DNA from: Octopus bimaculoides
Lineage: Eukaryota
Reading direction: 5' to 3'
DNA: 64,000 bases
NCBI RefSeq assembly: GCF_001194135.2
Contig: NC_068984.1
Location: 147,300,399 to 147,364,398 of the forward strand
This document shows, piece after piece, positions 49,882 to 62,442 of this stretch; position 1 is the stretch's first letter, and each line of letters begins with the position of its first letter. Under the pieces are notes generated by a model that ran no database searches, was not told where the DNA came from, and worked only from the letters and a program-made list of their open reading frames with translations. A program made the translations under genes and the position numbers.

Positions 49882-51027
49882 NNNNNNNNNNNNNNNNNNN
49901 NNNNNNNNNNNNNNNNNNNNNNNNNNNNNNNNNNNNNNNNNNNNNNNNNNNNNNNNNNNNNNNNNNNNNNNNNNNNNNNNNNNNNNNNNNNNNNNNNNNN
50001 NNNNNNNNNNNNNNNNNNNNNNNNNNNNNNNNNNNNNNNNNNNNNNNNNNNNNNNNNNNNNNNNNNNNNNNNNNNNNNNNNNNNNNNNNNNNNNNNNNNN
50101 NNNNNNNNNNNNNNNNNNNNNNNNNNNNNNNNNNNNNNNNNNNNNNNNNNNNNNNNNNNNNNNNNNNNNNNNNNNNNNNNNNNNNNNNNNNNNNNNNNNN
50201 NNNNATATATATATATATATACATCTATATTTATATATACATATATATAATTTACAGATATATGTTATGTATATATTATATATGATATGCATGCATACAT
50301 ACACACATATATTCATACGGATACATAAATCAATATGTAAACATATCCATATACAAATAAAAAACATATATATATAGAGATACACAAACAACAAGACTTG
50401 TTTACATTGCAGTCAGGTTTCTTACAATAAAAATAGATAACTATCTCTGCCAAATGATAACAAAAATCCTGCGAATGACAGACCTCATCCACCTCCACCT
50501 CCACCATTGAAGTGACACGTAGGATATGAAATATTTCCAGTTATGAATTTTACTTTTCTCATAACGGTTGCAATGATCTACTAAAACGCCCCGCGCTTGA
50601 AGTTTCATTTCTATTAACTGACTGGAGGGTGTGGCAGACTGTTACAATCAATAGAACAGTTCTATAAAATCGTTTGTAGTCTTTAGTTTCGTTCCTTGAC
50701 ATTCTATGTTCAAATATCATACAAGTCTACTTTGACATTCACATTTCTTGGCTCTGTAAAATAGATGAAAATCTATTGCTTCTGTTGATTTAAATGACGA
50801 TAATCTTTCCCCAAAACAGAGTAACCCCTGCCTCTTAGAAATCAAAGTCAATTTAAAGGTAGATGTAGTAAAAATGAGTGGAAAGGTTAAAAGTATAGAA
50901 ACAGTTAATTGATTCTGAATGTTTAAGGTGATGTTTTTCTCGAGGCCTGGGGGTTCAAAAGGCTGGTTGCCCGGTTATTAGGGTGTATAACTCACTGAGA
51001 TGACAACAGTTTGTTGAACTAGACGCC

Positions 51028-51237
51028 GATCCGTTGCAGGGCTCAAGACCAGTAATTTTGAGGGGAGGGGGTAAGTGAATTACATCGATCCTATATTTGA
51101 ATGGTGTTTTATTTAATCAACCCCGAAAGAACGAATGGCAAAGGTGAACTCGGTGGGATTTGAACTCAGAACCCAAATAGCCAGAAGAGATGCCGCTCAG
51201 TATTTTGTCTGACCTGCAAACTATTCTGTCAGTTCGT
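51028..51237 (-). mobile_element. SINE family C
   Basis: GAGGGGAGGGGGTAAGTGAATTACATCGA...GGCAAAGGTGAACTCGGTGGGATTTGAACTCAGAAC...TATTCTGTCAGTTCG. Confidence 0.85.
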
Positions 51238-52253
51238 TGTCCGAGGAACATATTAGAAACGAACAGATTAGTGAAGATAAAAAGGCAAATAATCTTCGAC
51301 GGTTGAATCATAATTACTGCAAGTTGTCTTAGCATCTTCTCGAAGCCCCTTGCTGATTTCGTCACTTATAGATTCCATATTTCTTTTCCTTCTCTCACCT
51401 TGTCCCACTTTTTCATTGCACAAAATACCATCATATTGAAACACTTCAATTTCTAATCCAATATGTCGGATATTTTTGCTTTAATTACTTTTACGTTTTA
51501 ATAATATATATTTATTTTATTTTCATTTCCTATCGTCACTTTTTGTTTTTTTCTTTTATCGTATCTTTTTTTTCCTCTCCTTCGAATGTCGGGTATATTC
51601 CTACAGCCGATGTATATGAGATAAGACGCAAAGTTGTTATGAATAACTTGTGGCAGGCGCCCTTGAGACGGCAAAGCAGATTCGACACTTTTGCTTGGAT
51701 ACGATGTTATGCGAAAACTTCAATGATGTTATGCCATGCTATGGAATTCCAGTGTCGATGTCTACAGATGTTTAGGAGTGGCCTGCTTGTTTATTTAAAA
51801 CTTTTACAGTTTTTCTTATAATTTATTTATTTGTTATATTTATTTATTTATTTATTATGACGTGAGGCTATGGTTATGGTGTAATTGGAAATAAGGGATT
51901 TCAACTTCTGGAATATTCCAATTAGTGGCTTATTCAATATAATTATTGACTTGATTTCCTTTCCTGTGGTGGTGGTGGTGGTGGGGATAAGACGTATCTA
52001 CCTGGTAGTAAATGCCGGCACTTGATGAATTTTAAATGGAAGCTAATGATGCCTTCATCCCATCCATCATGCAACCCCTCATCACTGTCACTCAAAGCCT
52101 TTGACCAAAATTGGACACAGTATTCGTTGTCATGGATGATTGGAATTATCCAACACTCCCGCCCTAAAACTGAATAATGACGCGGCATTTCCGGCATTGG
52201 GAGGGCCTGCATCTTTCTTCCTTCTTTCCATTTGGACTTATCTGTTTTTCTTA

Positions 52254-52286
52254 TTTCTGACGAAGTGCTAAGCATGAAACGTAAAG
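52254..52286 (+). ncRNA. Minimal type I hammerhead-like motif, intact CUGACGA/GAAA core
   Basis: TTT-CTGACGA-A-GTGC(TAA)GCAT-GAA-ACGT-A-AAG. Same architecture and downstream flank as 26905-26940. Confidence 0.55.
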
Positions 52287-52476
52287 CAACAACTCTCTTC
52301 TTTCTCCGAGCGTATTTTTAATACATTGTTTGTGCAACATACTCACGTTTGTTTGTTTTTTTTCTTTTTCTTTTTTCTCTGTTTTTTTTTTTTACTTGAC
52401 TGTATATATATGTGCGTGTTTGTATATAAATGTGCGTGACTGTATATATATGTGCGTGTTTGTATTTATTTTTATG

Positions 52477-52662
52477 GCCCTCCCCCACTACTGCTTGAAA
52501 GCCAGAGTTAGTTTGTTTAGGCTGACAGAAAAACAGATCGATAGAATGAGTGCCAGACTTCAAAAAATAATAAGTACTGAGGGCAATTCCTTCGACCAAA
52601 ACCTTTCAACGCGTTGCTCCAGCATGACCACAGCCCATAAAAGGCATAAGCATTTAAAGAAC
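52477..52662 (+). mobile_element. SINE family AB, tail half
   Basis: GATCGATAGAATGAGTGCCAGACTT...AAGTACTGAGGGC...TTCGACCAAAACC...GCTCCAGCATGACCACAGCC. Confidence 0.7.
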
Positions 52663-52799
52663 GCTAGGTGAGCACCAACAAACAGCCTTGTTCCTTGCTA
52701 TGCATCATGGGAGAGCGAATGTCGTTGAGTCTCTCACTTTCCAGATCTTGATTCATGATTGGAAATTTTAGTGACTCAGATGGTGAAAGAAATTTGCAC

Positions 52800-52850
52800 C
52801 GTCCTCTCTGTTAATCCGTCCTCTTTGTTAATCTGTCCTCTCTGTTAACC
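52800..52850. repeat. 17-bp minisatellite, 3 units
   Basis: CGTCCTCTCTGTTAATC / CGTCCTCTTTGTTAATC / TGTCCTCTCTGTTAACC. Confidence 0.9.
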
Positions 52851-52991
52851 CAAGAGCTTACCACAAGGATTATCAATGCCATTAAATTATCGCTGTGAAA
52901 GGTAAGATGGTGATAATCTTAGCCAACACTGTTTTAAACTACATTTGGTGCTTCTCGTACTTAATAAAAGGTTTCTTTCTCCCAACTATCC

Positions 52992-53033
<42 letters not shown>

Positions 53034-53361
53034 CAGACAGACAGATAGACATGCACACAGACAGACAGACAGACAGACAGAGTGAGAGAGAGAGAAACAA
53101 CTGGATGTGAGGATTACCAATAGAATTAGCGCTGCTAGACTTAAACACTCTGATGGGGACTCACTCCATTTTAAAGTTTGATGGTCGATCAATTTGTCCT
53201 GAATGATTTCATCCGCTCTTATACAAAGTTTTTTTTCCCAATTTTCTTACCTCCACGCATCAGAGTAAAATTATATCGAAGCAGGCAGCACTGGTTTACG
53301 TCTATAGCAGATCACTGCTGATGTGACTTGAAAGTATATGTGTACACGTAAATGTCTGTTT

Positions 53362-53412
<51 letters not shown>

Positions 53413-54040
53413 NNNNNNNNNNNNNNNNNNNNNNNNNNNNNNNNNNNNNNNNNNNNNNNNNNNNNNNNNNNNNNNNNNNNNNNNNNNNNNNNNNNNNNNN
53501 NNNNNNNNNNNNNNNNNNNNNNNNNNNNNNNNNNNNNNNNNNNNNNNNNNNNNNNNNNNNNNNNNNNNNNNNNNNNNNNNNNNNNNNNNNNNNNNNNNNN
53601 NNNNNNNNNNNNNNNNNNNNNNNNNNNNNNNNNNNNNNNNNNNNNNNNNNNNNNNNNNNNNNNNNNNNNNNNNNNNNNNNNNNNNNNNNNNNNNNNNNNN
53701 NNNNNNNNNNNNNNNNNNNNNNNNNNNNNNNNNNNNNNNNNNNNNNNNNNNNNNNNNNNNNNNNNNNNNNNNNNNNNNNNNNNNNNNNNNNNNNNNNNNN
53801 NNNNNNNNNNNNNNNNNNNNNNNNNNNNNNNNNNNNNNNNNNNNNNNNNNNNNNNNNNNNNNNNNNNNNNNNNNNNNNNNNNNNNNNNNNNNNNNNNNNN
53901 NNNNNNNNNNNNNNNNNNNNNNNNNNNNNNNNNNNNNNNNNNNNNNNNNNNNNNNNNNNNNNNNNNNNNNNNNNNNNNNNNNNNNNNNNNNNNNNNNNNN
54001 NNNNNNNNNNNNNNNNNNNNNNNNATATATATATATATAT

Positions 54041-54180
54041 ACGATGGGCTTCTTTCAGTTTCCGTCTACCAAATTCACTCACAAGGCTTTGGTCGGCCCG
54101 AGGCTACAGTAGAAGACACTTGCTCAAGGTGTCACGCAGTGGGACTGAACCCGGAACCGTGTGGTTGGTAAGCAAGCTAC
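54041..54180 (-). mobile_element. SINE family AB head lacking its first about 20 nt
   Basis: GGGCTTCTTTCAGTTTCCGTCTACCAAATTCACTCACAAGGC...GGGACTGAACCCGGAACCGTGTGGTTGGTAAGCAAGC. Near-consensus, so apparently young. Confidence 0.9.
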
Positions 54181-55545
54181 TTTATTTCATATAATATTTG
54201 CCATGAAGGCATTACAAAGAGGGGACGAACAAAGATAGACAAACATAAAAAGGTGTAGTAGCTGTTATAACGTTTAAAAATTTATGATAAATTTCTGATG
54301 CGATTTAAAAATTACAAATACAATTTACCGATTATATTTTACAAATTACGAATTACAAGTTGTTCATTACAAGTTACCTGTTACTCATTGCAATTTGCAA
54401 TGACTTTTCTGAAGGAAAGGCATCCGACCACCAGGGTAGACCCCTTGCTTTCTCTTTCCTTTTTTTTGGGGTCCTCCACTTACCTGGTGTCAAACACTCC
54501 CAGCTTCCTTGCCACAAGCTTCCATCTTTTCATGAATCTATCTCGTGATCTTGCAACTGAGGTGATAACTAAAATTACTGTGGTGGTAACTAAAAAAGTT
54601 AACCAATCCCTGGCCGGATACAAAGGTACCCGTCACTATGCCCTCACACGCGTCTTCCATACTGTTTCTTTCAGTATGGCTACTACGCAGAAAAAGCAAG
54701 CCTTCCTTTCCCTGTTAAGGGAAGGAAGCGGCACAATCTCGATGATAGACTCAGCCGATAGCTGTACTCTTCCCATCGATGACAACAGTTGCTCTGTGAA
54801 AACTATCAGTCCCGTTAATTCCGGACATTCCACAAATGCGTGCAAGACAGTTTCCCTGTCCTGCCCGCACCTCGGACATATCGGCGAGACGGTACTTCCG
54901 TGCCTTGACAGTTTATCACGAACAGGTAACGCTGCACAGAAGCACTGCCAAGCCAGGGATTTCTGGTAATTGTCCAGATACCCCGGCTCGAAAGTTCTGA
55001 TCAGGTTGGTCAACTGATTTTCATCGTAGCCCAGGGTCTCCCCCAAGGCGTCTTCGGATATAAATCCCACTAACCCGCTATAAAAATCCGCGATGGAACT
55101 CCTATTGCCGGCATTGCCCGCCCGAGAGAGTAGCTGAAGTGCCTGGCGGCACTCCAATTGCCAGTCCCTCAGCCTAGGTCTCTGCTTGATCCATTTACCG
55201 ATGTCCGTTAAGGACGTTAATTTCGGAAGGTAGAACCGGACGTGCGGTGACCACACCTGCTCTCCATCCAAGTAAAGCCAGAGGTGCCTCAACCTTAACG
55301 CGAATTTTCGTATCCTCAGCCAAGGCATCCCTAGCCCACCCTTTAGCGGTTTCTGGCAGCAGACAGAGTGCTTCACAAGTGGCTTTCCTCCCTTCGGCAA
55401 AAAGCGGAAAATGATTCTTTCCAACTTGTTCAGCCACAAATCGGGGCAAGGCACCACGGTCAGACGGTAGGTGATAACCGATGCTATAAACATCTGCACC
55501 ACCTCCGCCTTTCCTAGCAAGGATAACGCCCGCCCAGAATTATAA
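54181..55545 (-). mobile_element. Tx1/L1-clade LINE, 5'-truncated (ORF2 C-terminus + 3' UTR)
   Basis: ORF 54636-55520: GKAEVVQMFIASVITY, KLERIIFRFL, GGLGMPWL, YQKSLAWQCF..ALPVRDKL, and CPRCGQDRETVLHAFVEC (zf-RVT CCHC). AATAAA at 54186-54181. Confidence 0.9.
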
Positions 55546-55553
55546 TTCCCTAG

Positions 55554-55890
55554 AAACGGGAAACCTATAATATATTTCTGTTTTTTTTTTCTCTCCTCTT
55601 AATGAGGACACCAGTTCAAATCCCAACCCCCGTTGAGGGTGGGGTGTTGCAATAAAGCCTATAACGGCTGAAATTAAATTTTCACACAGAATAGAATATC
55701 CCTCAAAACGAGAAACCTATAATGTATTTTTTTTTTCCTCTTAATGAGGACAATAGTTCATAAATAAGGCCTACAACGACTGAAATTAAATTTTTCACAC
55801 AGAATAAACCAAATATCCCGCAAAACGGGAAACCTATAATGTTTTTTTTTCCTCCGCTGGGGGCGGGGTGCAACGCTAAAGCCTACAACG
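55554..55890. repeat. Diverged tandem repeat, about 2.5 units (152 bp, 117 bp and a partial unit)
   Basis: AAACG(G/A)GAAACCTATAAT restarts at 55554, 55706 and 55823. CCTCTTAATGAGG and AAATTAAATTTTCACACAGAATA each occur twice. Confidence 0.8.
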
Positions 55891-56012
55891 GTTTTAGCAA
55901 AGTTCAATTTTTCAACAATAACAACTGCCAAAAGTATTGAGTAATCCTTCAGTTCGATGTAAGATTGTTTTTATTATAACTTAACATTAAAACATACATT
56001 AATATGTATGTA

Positions 56013-56057
<45 letters not shown>

Positions 56058-56480
56058 NNNNNNNNNNNNNNNNNNNNNNNNNNNNNNNNNNNNNNNNNNN
56101 NNNNNNNNNNNNNNNNNNNNNNNNNNNACACACACACACACACACACACATATGCTTCTATATGTATTATTTTGAAATTTTTCTTTATTATCTAAGCTTC
56201 CTATTGACTACTTAAGAAACGTGCTGTAAAGAAATTACAACGGGCCACCAATATAATTTCTCGCTCTTCAACGAAATTGTTAACATCTGACGGAACCAAA
56301 ACAAAAACAAAAACCCAAAAACCAATTTAGGCCGCCTAAAAGAGAAGAAAAATAAGAGAATAAGTCTTAGTCTTTTGTTCTCTCTGTTTTTCCTTTTCTC
56401 TCTTAAAGGGGCAGCCACACAACTAAACACTTTCAAATGAAAAGCAGACTTATTTTTGGAATTAAAAGTTGTAATATATT

Positions 56481-56690
56481 TTATCTTTTATTTTTTTCAG
56501 TCATTGGACTGTGGCCATGCTGGAGCACCGTTTTGAATGATATTGTGGAATAAATCTATTACAGCATTTATTTTTACGTCTGGTGCTTATTCTATCGGTT
56601 TTATGCCGAATCGATGGATCATGGGAGTGTAAACAAACTAACACCAGCTGTTAAGCAGTAATAGGGGACAAATCCGAACGTAAAGGCGTA
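56481..56690 (-). mobile_element. SINE family AB, tail half
   Basis: TTCAGTCATTGGACTGTGGCCATGCTGGAGCACCG...CTTATTCTATCGG...GTAAACAAACTAACACCAGCTGTTAAGC. Confidence 0.85.
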
Positions 56691-56817
56691 CACACACATA
56701 TATGTGTACATTTATATGTACATATAAACTATTATTATTATTCTTATTATTATTATAATTATTATAATTATTATTATAATTATTATTATTATTATTATTA
56801 TTATAATTATTATTTTA

Positions 56818-56853
<36 letters not shown>

Positions 56854-57009
56854 GCTAAGGCAACGAGCTGGCAGAATCATTAGCACGCTGGATGAAATGC
56901 TTAGTGGTATTTTGCCTGTCATTACGTTCTGAGTTCAAATTCCGCCGAGGTCGACTTTGCCTTTTATGCTTTGGGATCAATAAATTAAGTACCAGTCAAA
57001 CACTGGGGT

Positions 57010-57013
<4 letters not shown>
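56854..57013 (+). mobile_element. SINE family C, ending in (TA)n
   Basis: GAGCTGGCAGAATC (A box), GAGTTCAAATTCCGCCGAGGTCGAC (B box), ATAAATTAAGTACCAGTCAAACACTGGGGTC. Confidence 0.9.
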
Positions 57014-57071
<58 letters not shown>

Positions 57072-57125
57072 CACACATATATATATATACACACACATAT
57101 ATATATACACACATACATACATATG

Positions 57126-58032
57126 TATATGTGTTCACAAAGTATCCAATTTTTTTTCCGCCAAAACTAATGCTGCATAGCCAAAATCCTTTGGATGGGA
57201 GGTGACACCGCCCTTCCTGGACATATTTGCTCATTTTCGTGCCGGTAGGCGGCGTCAGTCTCCGGCAGTTACGTCTAGAGTACACACGTGTAATGTGCAC
57301 TCGTTGGATCTTCGTTTTCACGCAAGATGACCGAACGCACTGAGCATCAGTTTTTGCCAATAGATTGGTAATACTCAAGCTGAAGCCAACCAGACGATTC
57401 AGCAGGCCTCTGGCGATGGTGCAATGGTCAAAACTCAGATCAAGGAATGGTACAACCGCTTCAAGCATGACTGTATCTCAGTGGAGAGCGAGTCATGCTC
57501 AACAGGTCATCCAGAAGCCAAAACAAGGAGCCAATTGAGAAGGTTTGGCAAATAGTTATGGAATACCATCGTGTAACAATCCATGAAATTGTTCACAAAA
57601 TAGAAATAAGCACAGGAGCAGTGCGTTCCATTTTGACGGTGGATTTGTGCATTGCGGCGAATGTCAGGGGAAATTAAAGTGAGAAATTTTTTGATGTCAC
57701 TTCGTAAACCAAGTTTTCCTGGTCAAGAAAAACACACTACTTGTTCGACAAGCTCCCTACTCACCCGACTCGGCACCGTGTGACTCCTGGTTTTCCTCCA
57801 AACTGAAAACTATGTTGAAAGGAAAGCGATTTCAGTCGCGAGAGGATATTATGAGAAAAGCGACGGCGGAGCTCCCTGTCATTCCAGAGAAGGCGTTCCA
57901 GAAGTGTTACCAGCCGTGGCAGATCGATGGGAGAAGGGGAATACTTTCAAGGTGACTAACATTTGTGTGAAACATACAATATTGATTTTTCTTATGCGCA
58001 AAGGACGGACACTTTTTGAACGCACGTCTTGT

Positions 58033-58035
<3 letters not shown>
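57126..58035 (+). mobile_element. Internally deleted mariner element with both degenerate terminal inverted repeats
   Basis: Left TGTGTTCACAAAGTATCC versus right (reverse complement) TGCGTTCAAAAAGTGTCC, 15/18 identical. MTERTEH..QIKEWYNRFK..VTIHEIV..ISTGAVRSILTVDL is joined directly to QAPYSPDSAPCD..LKGKRFQSREDI, so the first two catalytic Asp regions are missing. Confidence 0.85.
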
Positions 58036-58076
<41 letters not shown>

Positions 58077-58199
58077 GCACATGACAGCAGTAAATAGACG
58101 CCCCATAAAACATCGTTTTATGTTTCTTCGAATTGTAGAGGTTTATCTTTTTTATAGATTGACACTTTTATGTTTCGGGCTCTATATGTGACTTTTTAA

Positions 58200-58400
58200 T
58201 CATGTCATGTACAAAAGAAGCCTTGGAATTGTCTGAATTTCAAAGAGGCCGTATTGTGGGTCATTCTGAAGGTTGACATAGTCAGTGTAACATCACAGAA
58301 AACCTTGGCATCCCGCTTTCAAAAATTTATATGTGCTTCTATTAGGTCTACAGATGATAAGATAGCTCACAGGGGATCCACAGGCAAAATAAGGTTGGAA
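58200..58400 (+). mobile_element. Tc1-like transposase N-terminal fragment
   Basis: [31 protein letters not shown] from 58226, a Tc1 paired-like helix-turn-helix start. Confidence 0.7.
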
Positions 58401-58636
58401 ACCCCTGCTATAAAGTATGCGCATATATTTAATTCTTGACACAACCAGACAAACTGAAAGAATTGATTATACACATGTATATTATGTCAATAGATTGAAA
58501 AATAGATTGTTTTAGTAAAGAACAACTTGTATTAGTTTCTGCATACATGACAGGATATATAGTTTGTTTCCGTATATAACTTTTGAAAACAATTTTTACA
58601 GGCAATATATAAATAATAAAATTTAACGAGAATCTC

Positions 58637-58673
<37 letters not shown>

Positions 58674-58699
58674 CATGATCGGTTGCCCCAAGCCATAGC

Positions 58700-59900
58700 T
58701 TTATTTCAATGCTCAGTAATTGCTATCACTTTACAGATTTCAATATTTCTGACACAAGAAATTCAGTTTTCTTCTTCAGACTGGTGTCGAAAAATTGTTG
58801 CACTAAACAGTTTAAAATCAGATCGTTTGCAATTGTTTTTGCAGAGGTTGACTTTTAGAAACGTAAATTCATGTTTTGGGTGGTTTCAGGGTGTGAAGAG
58901 TGATTCAGTGCTGTAACACTGAAACTTTTAGGATCTTCTATAAACTCTGCTCTATATTTGTGTTGGTGAATATGAGATGTTTGTATGACTCGGTGCATAA
59001 CGACATCATAAACCTTGTTGACGAAGGCCAATATTACTCGTTAGTTCCGGAATGAGATTTTTAAGTTTAACCCTGAACCTGGCCAAACCTTTTCATAACT
59101 TTGCCCTGAATGTCCAATGCTTGTTTTCAGACTTTTAGTTAGTCTTTGTTTTATTCGTTCTGAATACTATAAAGATTCTTTTGTCATTAGTCCCGAATTA
59201 CTCATGGTGCTTGTAAAATATTGGGAATGTGTATCATATATGATGTATGGCCCCCGGGAAAACATGTCCTGTGTGTCACATGTGAAAGATCATTTTATGC
59301 CCGGATACGCTTTGATTGCTCTGAAAGATGATATTTGTACAGATGTCAGCAACTTCAAACGCATTCAATGTGTCCGTGTGTCTTCAAGTCAGCTGCAGTG
59401 AACGGTTAATAGACGACACGTGATATAACGTTTGTTTTCGAAACATGAACTAAATATGATTAAAGTAACATATTGAGATGAACCTCGTGCATTATAGCCG
59501 TAGCAAGACCTTCTCAGTGGCACAGACCCAAATCCCCGTGTTTTTATTTTTTTTCTTGAAAGATGATTAGTTATGTGTTGTAAACCACGGTTTGTGCATC
59601 TTGGCGTTTCATAGTTTTGCTGAGAGAGATATACCTCTGTTAATGCAATCACCATTTTACAGAGTGTTGGAGGCCAGATTTTCAAACAATAGAAACATAT
59701 TATGGCCATTGGATACTGCTCCAAATTAAAAGAAAAAGAAGGAATATGGTTAATGTCCAATGTCTAAAAGCATTGAAATAAAATTCCATTGTTTGAAAGT
59801 TTCGCCTGTACACACCGTAACACCTAGTATAATGGTGTCTTTGTTGCATGTTCTGGCTAAATTTCCGTTCAACTACCCAGTATTTTTCTCCTTTGGTGCT
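58700..59900 (-). mobile_element. Possible very old Penelope-like relic
   Basis: Only faint motifs in plausible order (TGHVFPGPY; SNIG; ISYSPTQI at 58955-58978, cf. ISYSCxPNI). Confidence 0.3.
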
Positions 59901-60411
59901 AGGGTAAAACTGTATGATATTTTCTATTGTTTGTTAGTCTCTTAAGTATTATTGTAGTACTAATAAAGGATCCTGGCTCTTAAGAAACCAGTACTTAGCT
60001 TTGATTTCATTAAGCTATCGCAGATGACTGCCAACGAATACGATAGAGACTCTTAACAGAACACATTGATCTTGCTAGAAAGGCAACGAAATGCTCTCAG
60101 TCGACTTCATCTCACAACCTATAAGCAGGTAGTGTAACATTATGCTTACTCAGTCATCTTACCTCTATAATATCTACCTGAATATAGACGACTGTTGCAG
60201 AGGTAATGCTATTAGAATAGACATTATTCACACAGCTGTCATTTGAATCTGACAACAGATATCTCGCCATTAGAGGTACAATAATTAAAACGGAACACAC
60301 GTAATATTTAAGATAAAAGAATGCAAAATAAAGACTAAACTTCTATGATTAAATGTGGGTGGATAAATGCATACGTACGCATATATATATAAATACATGC
60401 ATGCACACACA

Positions 60412-60465
<54 letters not shown>

Positions 60466-60772
60466 ACATAATGCGCAAATTCTTTATCAGATTGACTTTT
60501 CGATAAAAGCCATTTCACATCAACGGAGATGAACGCGCATGCGGTNNNNNNNNNNNNNNNNNNNNNNNNNNNNNNNNNNNNNNNNNNNNNNNNNNNNNNN
60601 NNNNNNNNNNNNNNNNNNNNNNNNNNNNNNNNNNNNNNNNNNNNNNNNNNNNNNNNNNNNNNNNNNNNNNNNNNNNNNNNNNNNNNNNNNNNNNNNNNNN
60701 NNNNNNNNNNNNNNNNNNNNNNNNNNNNNNNNNNNNNNNNNNNNNNNNNNNNNNNNNNNNNNNNNNNNNNNN

Positions 60773-60818
<46 letters not shown>

Positions 60819-60947
60819 ACACGAAATTAGTAGAAATGGAAAGAAAATGAGGAATGAACAAATTGCAAGTGATTAAAATTATTACACATACGCGCACGCA
60901 CGCGCACAGAATTACAACGCGCGCGCGCCCACACACATGCTTGCGAG

Positions 60948-60991
<44 letters not shown>

Positions 60992-61105
60992 TGGATGGAT
61001 GGATATGTGTGTGTGTATATGTATGCATATATATATGTGCATATATGTAAAAGGATATACAGATATGTGTATATAAAGATAGATAGTTAGATAGATACAT
61101 ACATG

Positions 61106-61141
<36 letters not shown>

Positions 61142-61549
61142 CATAAATGTGTGTGTGAGTGTGTATTGTATGTATGTGTGTATGTATATTATTCTTGAAT
61201 AACATGGAATACTACCAATAGAAGTGCTCCATATTTAGACGGTTGTGAAAATATTGATTTTTGTCTGAGAAGTTACAGACATTTAAGTAACAAACAATGT
61301 CTTTCAACACCAAGTCCGAAATATTCCCAAAGTCTCGTCACCAAAGAATATTTCCTCTGAGAACATATCTAGCAGTTGAAAATCTCAAGTTAAACGAAAT
61401 AAGCTCGTAAACAGCATATCTCAAGGATGAAAATTTCTTGGTCGTGGTTATAGACAAGGACTGAGTAGCCTTCCTTCCATAACATCATAGTTTACCAGTT
61501 GTCTTTCAGCCATTCTCTAAAAGCCTGACTAAGTGACTTGCTTTGACCA

Positions 61550-62320
61550 ACAAGAAACATCTTTAGAGCTATGAGAACATAAAACTACCTGTTTTCGTTC
61601 TTGGATTTATGAACTCTAGGTAGTTAAACTCTCTAATTTCGTTCTCCGTTGAAATATTCCATGTTATTGGAGAACATCTGGATCGTTGATCTATGAGTCT
61701 AGAATAACTTCAGAGAGAGAAGTTAGAAATTTCTTTCTTCGTGACCTAAGCGATCAAAGATGTGGATCGTATGCATTATTCCTTTTTAAAACTGCCCATG
61801 GGCATCATGGGATCTTTCGATATACCACTCCTTTGGAAAGAAAGGATTTCTTGAGTGGTGAATTAATTCGGCAGTCGTTAACTGACTGGGTGTTGACTGT
61901 GTGGATGTATGTTTTTGATGATTGTGTGTGATCTGGGAAACAATACTCTCCGAGCAAGAATAGCTGATTTTAACTTTGTGTGCATTGAAAAGATTATTGT
62001 TTCACTATGTATTGATGAGAAATATTGCTTACTAGAGATAGGAAATTGCTGGCTATATTTGAGATAACGTTCGAGAATATTTTCTCGTTTTAATCGTTTC
62101 TAGTTGGCACCTCGCAATACCACAGGATATGGTCGAAATTTGTTGTGGATGTATATAATTTACTCATTTAGTTTTTATATAAAATCATTCCTGGGAAATT
62201 GGTGCCAGAGGATATACTTAACTAAACTACTTAAATATATCTATTTATACGTTTCTTTACCTGTTCTTGTTGTAGTCGTTCATATTGTTTGAGATTTCCA
62301 AATCACCATCTATATACAGT
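61550..62320 (-). mobile_element. Penelope-like element relic (linker and GIY-YIG region)
   Basis: LFNAHKVKISYSC (61992-61954), SESIVSQITHNHQK, and NDCRINSPLKKSFLSKGVVYR (cf. CNCR..CPL...CL...VVY). Confidence 0.6.
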
Positions 62321-62442
62321 CGTGGAGTTATGTTGTAAATTTGCTTCCTAAGTGAGCCGAGGATAAACAATCTGCTATCACAGTATTATCTTTTGATTAA
62401 AAAAACAGAAATCATCGTCTTCAATACTTCATTATTATAATA

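Noticed and set aside
52090-52135. EYCVQFWS on the minus strand (CR1-like motif)
   Set aside because: Eight residues with no supporting flanking motifs. Too little to annotate.
58160-58200. GCCCGAAACAT on the minus strand, possible hammerhead remnant
   Set aside because: No CUGANGA core upstream.
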